Source: Podospora anserina
Taxonomy: Eukaryota
Assembly: GCA_017654855.1 (NCBI GenBank)
Contig: CM030335.1
Coordinates: forward strand, 2,170,001-2,234,000
Direction of reading: 5' to 3'
Length of the DNA: 64,000 nt
Notes under the pieces: model-generated
What the model was told of the DNA's origin: nothing
Databases searched by the model: none
Seen by the model: the letters and a program-made list of their open reading frames with translations, nothing else
Part shown: positions 40,963 to 52,262 of the stretch, piece after piece
Layout of the letters: every line of letters starts with the position of its first letter
Position numbering within the stretch: the first letter of the stretch is position 1
Position numbers and translations under genes: made by a program

Positions 40963-43900
40963 ATGGTCAAGTTGGACGGTGACTTAGACCCACTATGGCA
41001 AGATCTCGACTGGTAACCGTTTCTCCTTTGCTTTTTGCCATGCTGTTTGTTGTCGTCGTTCTGAGTTCCTCATTCGCTGACTGTCTTGTCTCTCTCTCTC
41101 TCAGGGCCATAGGGCAGATGGTGATTATGGGATGGGATGGCACCGAAGTCACTCCGCAGATTCGTCATCTCATCGAGGAACACCATCTCGGCTCCATCCT
41201 TCTCACGGCAAAGAATCTCAAATGTGTTTTTCGGTCCGAGAGACGTGCGCGGGTGAATGGATGCTAACTCGTCAATGCAGCTGCCCACCAGACGGCCAAG
41301 CTCGTGCAGGAGCTTCAGACGATTGCTCACCAAGCCGGCCATCTTCAACCGCTCTTGATTGCCTTGGACCAGGAAAATGGCGGCGTCAACAGCCTGTACG
41401 ATGAGGACTACATTTGCCAGTTTCCCAGCGCCATGGGCCAAGCTGCCGCTGGTAATGCTGATCTCGCATACAAAGTCGCCAAAGCTACAGCCACCGAGGT
41501 CTCGGCCGTGGGAGTCAATCTGATTCTCGGACCCGTGCTCGACGTTCTGACAAACGCTCGTTACCAGCCGCTCGGTGTCCGCGCTGTCGGGGACGATCCA
41601 CAAGAGGTCTCACAATATGGCATCGCGGCTATGAACGGCTACAAGGATGCTGGGGTGGCCACTTGTGGAAAACACTTTCCTTCTTATGGGAATCTCGACT
41701 TTCTCGGGTCCAGCTTGGATGTTCCCATCATCACCCAAACCTTGGAGGAGTTGTCCCTGAGCGCCCTCGTGCCTTTTCGGAATGCTATTGCTACTGGAAA
41801 GTTGGATGCCATGTTCGTTGGCGGCTGTGGCATCACAAACCCGTCCATGAATGTGAACCACGCCTGCCTCTCCGATCAGGTGGTTGATGACCTTCTCAGA
41901 AACGAACTTGGTTTCACGGGTGTTGCCATATCGGAATGCTTGGAGATGGAAGCTCTTCGAAGTGAAATCGGAGTCAAGACTGGCACGGTCATGGCGGTAG
42001 AAGCCGGCTGTGACTTGGTTCTGCTGTGTCGGGCCTACGACGTGCAGCTCGAAGCCGTAGCTGGCCTCAAGCTTGGTGTGGAAAACGAGCTGCTCACCAA
42101 GGAGCGTATTTACACTTCTCTCCGCCGTGTTCTCAAGATGAAGAACGCGTGCACGTCCTGGGCTAAAGCGCTGAACCCGCCAGGAATTTCTCTGTTGTCC
42201 AAGATTCACCCGAGTCATCTCAACCTCTCAATCAACGCATATGATGACTCCATCACAGTTATTAGGGATAACGAAAAGCTTCTGCCCTTGAATGAGTCGA
42301 TGCACCAGGAGGAAGAGTTGCTACTCCTCACCCCGTTGGTCAAGCCTTTGCCAGCCTCGTCTTTGACCAAAAATATCCTCGAGGCGAAGAACAAGTCCGA
42401 TAGCGCGCCGTCGGAACACGACAAATGGATACACCGGGATCGGGGCGTCATAATGAGTGGCGAGGGGGTGTTTCGGGAGCTTGGGAGGTCACTTGCCCGC
42501 GCTCGACGTGGCAAGCTGCTACATACCTCTTACACTGCAAATGGTGTTAGGCCGGGTGAGTGCTTTGGGCAGCTGTGATGGGAGAGAATACAATGACTAA
42601 CATGGGGTAGTACATGAAAACTTGATACATCGGGCGTCCTGTATTGTTATTGTGACGGCCGATGCCAATCGAAACCTGTACCAGGCCGGGTTCACCAAGC
42701 ATGTCTCAATGATGTGCTCAATGTTGAGGGCAAGTGGCCAGAAGAAATCCCTGGTCGTGGTGGCCGTCAGCTCGCCCTATGATTTCGCCATGGACAAGTC
42801 GATTGGGACCTATATCTGCACCTTTGACTTTACGGAAATGGCCATGGCAGCTCTTGTGCGCGCTCTCTGCGGAAGCTCGAGAGCACGCGGGACGCTGCCG
42901 GGGACTCTGAGAAAAAGCAGAAAGGCCGTGAAGTCGAGGCAGCACTGGCTTGTCGAGCCCTATGACAGGGACCGCGACTCCAACGGTCTCAACGATCTTT
43001 TGAGCGCTCTTGCTCGTGCTGCTGCCCCGAACCATCGGTTTCTGACCACAACAACGGCACACTCGTTTGAGATTTTCAACCCAAACATTGAGGAGTCGCA
43101 CTTTGTGGTTCGCAACAGCAGCACGCAGGCGCTGTACGGATTCTGCGCGACGTATCACACCCAAGGGACCGGCATAATCGGAGCGATCTTCGTGGACCCT
43201 ACCAAGCGCAACGTTGCCATTGGGCGTTCTCTCCATCGCCGGGCCCTTCGAGCGTTGATTCAGAAGAGGGGCACAAAGAAGATACAGCTGGGAATATGTT
43301 TCCCAGGTGTGTTCCTGGGCATCCCGACAGACGACGGCGGGCTCAAGACGTGGTTTTCCAACAGCGGTTGGGACTTGCAGTTTCCGCGACGGTTGGCCAA
43401 CATGGTGATTGCTGACTTGAGCAGCTGGAGCGCACCAGAGGGTCTGCTGCAGAGCATCCAACGGGCGAACATGAGCTTTGATCTTATTCATGGGTTGGAG
43501 AACGCCGAGACGGTGCTTGCGCATGTATCCGGGAATGCGAACCCGGAGGTGTTTGAGCTGTACCGTTTGGCGTTGCAGGAGACAAAGTCGTGTGGGGTTG
43601 TTAGGGCCAAGTGCCAGAGGGGAGGGCTGGTGGGGACGGTGGTTATTTGTAGTCCTGGGAGTCAGGTTGCGGGTTATGTGCCGGCTTTGCAGGGGGGGGA
43701 GGAGGTGTTGGTTGGGGGGATCATTGCGCCGGTTGTGGCGCCTGGGAATGGGGATTTGTTGGTGATTCAGGGGCTCGCGTTGATGGGGTTGAGACAGAAC
43801 AAGGCGCACAAGTCTGGGAGGAGCGTGTTGAGCTGGGTGGGGGAGGAAGGGATGGAGGGGTTGGGGGCGATGGGGTGGGAGGTGCTGGAGGGGTGGGAGG

Positions 43901-43990
43901 AGTTTACTAATTCGGTTGAGAATGTGAGTTTTCTTGAGGGGTGAGTTGAGATGTGTTGCTGATGTTGAATAGTGGCAGGATCTTGCTTAG
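40963..43990 (+). CDS. ngs1: GH3 beta-N-acetylglucosaminidase-like domain fused to GNAT domains, Ngs1/NAG3-type GlcNAc sensor (introns 41013-41104, 41224-41280, 42556-42610, 43924-43972)
   Basis: GH3 motifs LIALDQENGGV, LGPVLDV, KHFPSYG, SECLEM and AGCDLVL. C-terminal GNAT-like segment GAIFVDPTKRNVAIGRSL. Divergent from dac1. Confidence 0.88.
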
Positions 43991-44014
43991 GGGATTTGAG
44001 CGTCGAGGTGCTGG

Positions 44015-44092
44015 AAGGGGGTCAGTTTAAGGGGTCAGTTTAAGGGGTCACTTTAAGGGGTCAGTTTAAGGGGTCAGTTTAAGGGGTCAGTT
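44015..44092 (+). repeat. 13-bp tandem repeat (AAGGGGTCAGTTT) x~6
   Basis: Read directly just after the ngs1 stop codon; degenerate copies continue to ~44124. Confidence 0.95.
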
Positions 44093-45156
44093 CGAGAGGT
44101 CAGCTTGGGAGGGTCGGTTTGGGGCGAAGAGGGTCTGGGGTTTGCTTCGTTTGTATCCTATTGTGTGTATTCCAAGATTGTTGGACTGTGATTTTGTCAT
44201 TCTACTTTGTGAAATGGTGTTATTCAGTCAGTAACTTTGACCAGAACGATTACAATCGGGACCAGAGATGCCTTCTTTTCCCGCCGCCGTGCGCTGATAT
44301 ATAGACACATTGGCCCCTTTTGCCTACGAGATTAAATCTGACACTAAACCAGCGACGAAGCTGTGCGGCAATGATGGTTGGAGTGTGGTGTATGGCGCGG
44401 ATGATTCAAGAACAGGGCGATGCTCGGGAGGCTGGGGAAACAGTGTAGAGTTTGGAATGCTTGCGGACATACAAAAACAAGAAGAGGCAAAGAGGCAGAG
44501 AGGCTTTTAATTCTTTTTCAGAGTTTTTACACAACTCAACGCTTCAGGGATGGTAGTCTCTTCCATATGAGAAGGACACCACCTGTGAAGCTGTGAAGGA
44601 GAGTAGTTACACAGATCCCGAGGATGGGAGAGGTCTTGTTGATTCTTTACGTTTTCTGTGTTTTCTATTTTCTCTCTGCAACCAGACTCGGCCGCTTGCA
44701 ATGGGGCTGAGCCATCCCTGGGACTTTTCGAACCTTCCGGATTATTTCGTGCTCAAAGTCCGGTCCCTAAACCCCCTTGGTAAGCTGATGGAGCGGGGTG
44801 TTTCTCTCCTGGTGTGGAGTGTGTTGTGGATAGTGGCTAGATAGGTACATGAGAGTATGTGAGCAGATACTTCTGAGAGGTGTGGGGGGTGGGAGCAAGA
44901 TTTTCCAAGAGAAAATTCAGGGGGTTCCGTGCAACTAAGAGGTACGAGGGTCCATGATCAGTCATGTATACTTATGGTTTTGCGGCATGATCGTGAATTG
45001 TGGGCTAAATTGGGCTAGAATCATCAGGATGTATGAGGTAGACATTAAAATTAACACTTACAACTGCCTAGCTAGTCCCAGACTACAGTTGACAAATCCC
45101 GCTGTGAGATTGCCCTCCGACCGATGATGCCCTCCTTTCTACCTGGTAGGCAGTCC

Positions 45157-46289
45157 TCATTCTTTAGGACTCGAAACGCATTGCTTCTTGCGAGAGGGGC
45201 TGCCATCTTCCTCTTGTTCCTCGATACTGCGCTTCTTTCCGGAGACAGTCTTCGTGTCCTTGTCTTCGCTGGTAGTATCCTTCTCGGAGTCTACGACGCC
45301 ACTATCTTCATCCTCAGCAACGACATCAGTAATTCAGCCAGAAGCGCTCAGTGCCATCTGCACGGTTGTACCAGTATTCCTAAAAACGGTAATGGTCGGT
45401 TGGCCGCCTATAGTCGGGGAATCGACAAACGTGTCGATCAGCCACCTGGCTGCCAATTGCGGCTTCTCAGCCCAAGCCTTCGGAATCCAGGCACCCAATA
45501 CACCACTCTTTTGTAGGGATAACAATGAGAACCGGCCAAAGGGCCACCATTGCACAATGGGCGAATATGGGCCAGGGTCATCGTCGTCATCTGACTCTTC
45601 AAATCCCTCGAAGTAGCCCAATAACTCGACATCCCTAAAGCTGATTAACTTCATACTCCCGTTCTTGCTGTTGACAAAAATATTCCCCGGAGGAAACATA
45701 GCGCCGTTGCCCATGCTACGAATCTTTGAATACCAATCGAGCTTGGTGACAGCTTCCAGAAGCTGCTTGAGAACGGCGAGACGAACTGGTTCGTCTGCTA
45801 GCTCCCCTCGCGATAGCAGTTCTTGCATGGTTTCTCCTTCCCCACGCTCTAAGAGGATCATGCGGACCCAGCGGACGGGCTTCTCTGGGTATCTGTCTCG
45901 AGCGGGAAAGTCCAGGATCCGTAAAACTTGGGCGCAAAACCCTCCTCGGGTGTGTCTTGCAGGGCCATGTAGGCGCGGGCCTCGAGTACATAGTCGCGGT
46001 CTGCACATGCCATGCAGTCGACGCAATTTACACAGGGATCTACGCATCTAAATTCACATTCCGCAGTGCTCAAGAAGTTCTAGTCGACGCCATTGTAGAT
46101 CTTGGCAATATACTCCATCGAGGGGTCGTCTTCGAGGTCTGAACCGCATAGGTACCATGAAGGTGGTTGTCCCCGTAACTGTCCTATCTTTACTTCATAC
46201 TCACGGCCGAATGGCATGGGCGGTGTGTGTGGATGAATCTTCAGTGTCGTGCCGAGGGGGTATCGCCCTAGGGCGTCGTTGGGAGACAT
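45157..46289 (-). pseudogene. Protein kinase-like pseudogene (in-frame TAG 46080-82, frameshift ~45890, in-frame TGA 45334-36)
   Basis: Joined frames read YIAKIYNGVD*...ADRDYVLEARAYMAL...PKFYGSWTF / PVRWVRMILLE...PGNIFV...KLISF..., a kinase-like order of motifs, followed by an acidic tail. Confidence 0.65.
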
Positions 46290-47042
46290 GACCTTTTAAG
46301 CATCCATGGTGAGTATGTGTAGATGAATGAATTATCGACGTTACCTGACTTTGATTGGCGGAGGAAATGTGTGATTCATAGGGTTTGCGATAAACTGAAA
46401 GTTTGGCACCGTGTACTAAGTGTGCACATTCTCATCCACACATGACTGAAGCTTCCACGCTTCTCAACGCCATTACTGATGGTGGACTGTGGTGCCTGGA
46501 CAAAAGCCAAGCTTTGAAAGTCCCCTGCAGCGGCGCCACTAGATACCCCGGAAAGGGCCGTTGAAGAAGAGATGTCGTCTGGGGTAAACCTCCGTAGCGG
46601 CTGGGCGGCTTGGCTTCCGGGCAAGGTGAGTCTAGGCTTGATGAGTCCATGACATTGAGAGAGAAACGGAAATGTATTGCTATCTGATGTGTCCAGAAAA
46701 GAAGAAGAAGAAGAAGAAGAAATGCACTTAATATCGGCAGGCGTGTTCTGCAGGGTCACCTGCGATCTGCATTCGGCCGCGGGCACAAGATCTCGCCAGA
46801 GTCGATTGGGAAGGAGCAACCACAGGGTCACACCGAGCGGGCAACTGACGGGGCCGCCTCACTTTAATCTTACTCCTCTTCTTCTCCACGTCTCACATGT
46901 CATCCAGTCTGTCGGATCGGATTCCATCTCGACATTCTTCAATCCTGTGGCCCCTTTACAAGTACAACCTGCGACCCGTCCCGAGTCCCGAGTGCAGTAC
47001 CGCCGAGTCCCTGCATGAACCGTGAGTGATCGGCCATGAGAT

Positions 47043-49031
47043 ATGGCCAGCTACAATGGCATGCCGGCCATGTCCTCCGGCGCCACGGGTCCTGACGCCC
47101 TGGGACATCAAGGCCAGCAATCGCTCGGCATCGACGGCTTTGATCCGCACAGTATGACATTTGACGACCCGTTGCTGTGAGTATCACAATCGCGGGAGCT
47201 CAACTGAGAACTAATCATCTCATCTTCTTACAGCCACAACCTCCCATTTACCCCGACAGCCGCATACGATTTTGACACCCTTAGCACAACATTTGAAGAC
47301 CCGTTCTCCTACCCAGCCAGACCGTTCGGTAACGATGTCGCCAACACCGCTCTCATGGGAAATTTGGGAGGGCTAGGCGTCGACCCAGAAAGCTGCTACA
47401 ATGGCAACCACGGTGGCGCCGAGGGGTCATCCTCCCCACAAGAACTCGACAACAAACTCCTCGGCTTCGGCGCGGTCGTCCCAGGCAAAGCCACCCTGAT
47501 CGACCCCTTGGGACAGTTTATCGAACCTATGATGAGCGCAGAGTTATACGGCATGTTCTTTGTCGCCGAGGACGTCTTTGGGGCAGATAACGGCGGCGAT
47601 AACCGACGTCCGATGGAGTTGACTTGCTACAGGAGGAATCTATGGCAGTGTTCTGGGCAGATTACTCTCCCGAGACAAGTGGCGCAATATGCTGTGGCCG
47701 ATGGGCAGCAACGGATGCCAGTGGTGGAATTAGCGGCGTCTATCACGGCGCTCGAGAGTATTGAAGGGAAACAAACGGAGATCATTTCCATCCCGTGGAA
47801 GAGTAACAATCCTGCTCTAGGAGGAGTGACTGAGGAATCGACAAAGTCCGCAGGGGCGCCAGCGATAACTGTGTTGGACTTGGGGTCGGGCCAGGAGATT
47901 GATGGGACGAACAGAGTGACGGTGGGGGTGTCGTGGAAGAGACTGCAGTTTAAGCATGCCACCGCGAACAATGGGCGGAGGAAGGGACTCCAGCAGCATT
48001 ACGTGGTGCAGATAAATCTGCTGGTTAAGGGGAAGGGTGGAGAGTATGTCAAGGTTGCCGAAGTTCAGTCGGGACCGGTCATTGTGCGAGGCAGAAGTCC
48101 CAGGAATTTTGACAGTAGGAAAGACGTGCCTCTGTCAGGAGACAAGAGGCTACTGGAGAGGAAAAGCATCGAGGGGTTGAGTTCGGGCTCTACGACTACG
48201 AAGCAACAGCAGCAACATATGGGAACTCCACAGAGCCAGCCCCTGAGTCAAGATTTTGGGCAAGGTTTTCTTCATGGATATCAGGGGATGGGAAGTTTAC
48301 CGGTATGCCTCCAAGTCTGATCAAGTTCTTTGTTTCACACGCTGACAATCACGCAGTCCACGACAGATTGGTCAACTCCTCGACCGTTCCTCTCACCAAA
48401 CCCCCAGCAACAGCACGCCAGTAAGAAGCTAGCTTTGTCCTCTCCAAGTCTCAACCGGCCGCCAGTACCGCCCTGGGTGCCAATAAATGCCACCTTAGCA
48501 ACTCCATTGCCAACCGGCAAACAATTACAACACACTAGCAACCTTTTGAAGCCAACCCGTGGACTACATTCTACTTCCCAATCCAACAACCTCCCTATCA
48601 ACCTCTCCCTCTCAGAAGACGAGCGCAGCCCACCAAACTTGAATCGATCTAATTCCTCGGGTGGCGAATCGTCTCAAAGCCCACAGCAGCACTTTTCCAT
48701 GTCGTCATCGTCAAAAGCGGGGAATAGCAGGCCGGGGTTGGGACACAAGAGCCAGAGGACTGAGAGTGGGGGTGCGCAGCAGCTTAACAGTCCGCAGGAT
48801 CAGACGGAGGTGGATATGTTGTATGAGTATTTTCCATTGAGTGTGGATGACTGGTAAGTCTGTGCCTGGAGAGATGGGAGTAGAGGGGAAAGAAAGTGCT
48901 GACGAAATCATAGGATGCCGCCGGTGGATGCGATTTATCGACCGCATGTGGTTCATCATACTATTGTGCCGCCTGAGGTGAAGGCGCAGCAGCTGAGGAG
49001 TAAGGGGAAGAGGTATTTTGCTGCTGACTGA
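47043..49031 (+). CDS. ron1: Ndt80/PhoG-family transcription factor, RON1-like regulator of GlcNAc catabolism (introns 47177-47233, 48303-48356, 48854-48913)
   Basis: Ndt80 DBD motifs LTCYRRNLWQ, WKRLQFKHATANNGRRKGLQQHYVV and SGPVIVRGRSPRNF. Conserved tail YEYFPLSVDDWMPPVDAIYRPHVVHH. Located within the GlcNAc cluster. Confidence 0.9.
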
Positions 49032-49333
49032 GGTCAGGAAGAGGGGGGCTATGATGGGATTTAGGTTGCATGTTGAAGAGGGTGGAGGATGTGCAGTTAT
49101 ATATACCAGGGACAGTTACTGCGAAGGAGATGGGACGATGTGAAGTATATGGGAGAATGGTGAATGATGGCACGGCCTGGGATGGATGTCTGTGCAAGTT
49201 TTTTGGTGTTTGTGGTGCGGGATTTTGGCTGGGCGTTTCAGGGGGGGATGATGTATTATTGTACGACAACATCACACTCAGGGGACGGGGGGCGTTAATC
49301 ATCAGCTTTTTGTATTGTGGCCTTTTTGGCTTT

Positions 49334-50991
49334 TCAGGATCTCGTGCTTTGCTTGTCCAGACAAGCCAACGCCACTGCTGCACCCAAAACTGAACTTTGT
49401 TTTGCGGGGACGAGCTTAAAGGTGGTGGGTGTGTTGAGGGTTAGTTGGTCGAGGTAGGATTGCAAGTGGGAGAGGTAGTGGGGGTAGTGCTCTATCACAG
49501 AGCCGGTATAGGCTATTGTTGTTGTCTTCTGGGGTTGTTTTTGAGGGGAAGAAGCTTCGAGGTTTATTTCGTGAAGTGCGTGGAGGGAGGCGGCGAGGAT
49601 CGAGGCTGAGCGTTGGGTTATGAGGGAGGCGATTGAGGTGAGGAGGGAGAGGTCGGTTTGGGAGGGGGGGTGGGGGGAAGGGTGGAGGGTTTGGAAGTGG
49701 AGGGGGTCACTGGGGGGGTGTTAGTGAACACGATGCATCAGAGAGGGACAGCGGACGGGGAGCACCTTTCGAGAAGAGATAGTGTCTTTGCATCGAGGGT
49801 GTATTCCCTCGCTAAAGAATCCGGGACAACCCCGCCGAATGCCCCCGTTTCGTGGATTGCATCGACCAAAATCAACCTGGCCACCTCGCCGAGGTAGAAC
49901 CCGCTGACGAGATGCTCCAGAGGCTGAAAGTCTGGTCTTGGGTGGGAGGCTTTGAGGGTCTTGTCCCATTTTGTTGAGGGGAGGGAGGGGCCGCCGAACA
50001 TGCCGAGTTCTGTGTTTACTACTACGTGAGTGGCGAGGGTTTGGGGACGGGGGGGGAGTTTGGAGGGGCTGATGGTGGTGACGGGGAGGTAGGCGGCGAT
50101 GTTGACGCCTGTACCGAGGATTAGACCGAAGGTTGTGGTTGAGGGGTGGGAGTAAGCTGCGGAGAGGAGCGTGGCGGAGGAGTCGTTTACTATGGCTGAA
50201 AGGGAGACGTGTAGGTTGTGGTGGAGGCAAGAGGTTTGGAGTATGGAGGAGAGGTTTTGGTTCAAGAGGCCGTCGGCGGCGTGGAAGGATTTTCCCATGG
50301 GGCGGAGGAGGTAGGTTTGGGGGGTGGGTTGTTTGCGTGGATGTTAGCATTGGGTATGTTTGAGAGGATGGATAGACATTATACGAGGAGGAATGGCATA
50401 CTCAATTGGAAAGCTCCACGACAGCCCAAGCAATAACGGGTCATCAGCACAGTGACCCTGCCTGCTGTCTTTTGCCACAGTTTGGTAGATTTTCTCAGCC
50501 ATCCAGTCAAAAAAGGCTCTGCCCTTCAATGCTCTGATATCATTGTCGATATTGAAGGTGTCAATGCTGACGATGACGCTCTCTGGACCTCCTGAAGAAC
50601 CTCTGCCCTTGAGGTCCACCAGAGCAACTCGCAAGGTTGAGCCCCCAACGTCAACAGCCAGATATTGACCCGACTCATCTCCCGTGGGAAGCTCGGTATG
50701 GTACGATGGAAGCATGCAAGCCGGATTTGAGAGGAGGCCCTCACGAAACTCAAGCTTCAGCTTTTGAGACAGAGCTCTACGCTTGTTTGGTTGAGTAGGA
50801 TCCAAAAGCAAACTCTCGGCTTTTGCGAGGAAATCGCTGATAGAGGTTGAGCCATCCTTGCTGGGTGGTTCACGTAGGGTTGGTGAGGACTCAGTCGAGG
50901 TTGTCCAGAAAGCTAACAAAGCTTGGAGAAATGATCGGCCTCGGAAAAGCGATTTGATGACGGCCAGGAGTAAGTCACGCAGAGATGCCAT
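49334..50991 (-). CDS. hxk3: Hexokinase-family GlcNAc kinase, HXK3-like; exons 50991-50402, 50332-49766, 49709-49334; intron 1 acceptor is non-canonical (CAA), so possibly non-functional
   Basis: MLPSY, YLAVDVGGSTLRVALV, WSFPIE, IVNDSSATLL, LILGTGVN, NTELGMFG, QPLEHLVSGFYLGE, GSVIEHYP and SSVLGAAVA. Confidence 0.85.
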
Positions 50992-52262
50992 GGCGAAAAT
51001 GAACGAATGCAAGAAGGAGGTCCCTGTTGGGGACCTGTCTCTATTACTTATGGGACGATGATGAAGGAGCAGACATCCAGATTCCAATACGAGGTCCCAT
51101 ATGAGGTGGAATAAGGCTGGCGATCAGAGCTACCTTCCTGGACTGGCATGGCTGTTAGCTCGCTACTTTTGACTCGTGCACAACATTACTCGATACCGCG
51201 CAGCAACGGGCTCGTGGGAGTTGTTCTTGGTGTATCGCTCTCCAAGAAACCACCACTACGCAAAGTCTGGAGATTGTTTAATAGAAACGAATAATGTACT
51301 TCGGCGAAAAATGAGGTTCCTGTTAGCCACCTGTTGTCTCGACCTAACAGGCATCCAACTCCAGCGGTTGCGTCGGTAGATTGCGCGCCAGCAAAACTGG
51401 CGGAAAGACCTTTGAGCCTCCAACGACCAATCTATTCAAGACGAGAAGCATGGCCGGTAGTGGGTAAGGAATGGCAAAGTCGTGGGGGACCAATGACGGA
51501 GGGATCTTGGAGATTGACTGGCACGGCTGCTTGGAGCTGAATATTGCAGAACATTTCCTCGTCTCGTTGTCGGTTTAGGGAGGTGGGTGGGAAAGTAACG
51601 TTCCATGCCTTCCTTGGCTGGGGGAGGCTGTCAGCGGAGAGTAACCCTGGAGGGAGCCGCAACTGAAGTCTGTCGAGACGATTGGGTTTCGTAGATTTGA
51701 CTTCAATCATTCGCCAAAGCCCTGTCCAACGGGGGCCATCACATCACCAGCAGGCCGTTCGTGGCCGTTGTAACCTGGACAGAGGAACACACAGTGTGGG
51801 CGGTATGGCTGGGCACCGTGGGAATCTCGTGATAGCACGGGCCACATGAACTCTAACCTCCCTCCCGTCCACAAACAGCAAGCACAACCCGGGGACAGGT
51901 TGAAGAGGGAAGGCGTTGGGGTGTCATACTTGCCATGGAGGGAGTAGTGGATGACAGGCGATCGGGGCACAGGTCCATCGCAACCTGCAACTTGTGCCAC
52001 CACTGCTCCTCAAGTACCCGGTCCTATGATAAACGTTTCATCCACTGCCATCATTACCAATTACCACTACCGTTGACAGTTCATCACAGGTATCACATTG
52101 CTTGAGTGACTGAGCCCTCCGAATCCCGGACATACTCGGCGTGGAATATCACAAGTGTTGTTCTGGGCCATCAGTCATCAGCCTCCGCAATCCTAAGAAC
52201 TCTCTGCCCTCCAACCTACCCGCAACGCCTTGCTGTGCTCTGAAGCTCTAATAGAGGCCAAA

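Noticed and set aside
41610-43809. Minus-strand ORFs of 202 and 363 aa
   Set aside because: Antisense shadows of ngs1.
44015-44092. CRISPR-like or telomeric array
   Set aside because: No unique spacers, eukaryotic context, and the unit is not TTAGGG.
46080-46082. TAG rescued by sexual-stage A-to-I editing
   Set aside because: A downstream frameshift and a second in-frame stop would remain, so a pseudogene is the simpler explanation.
45157-46289. Spok-type meiotic driver
   Set aside because: Too short, and no N-terminal coiled-coil or nuclease region is visible; only a generic kinase-like resemblance.
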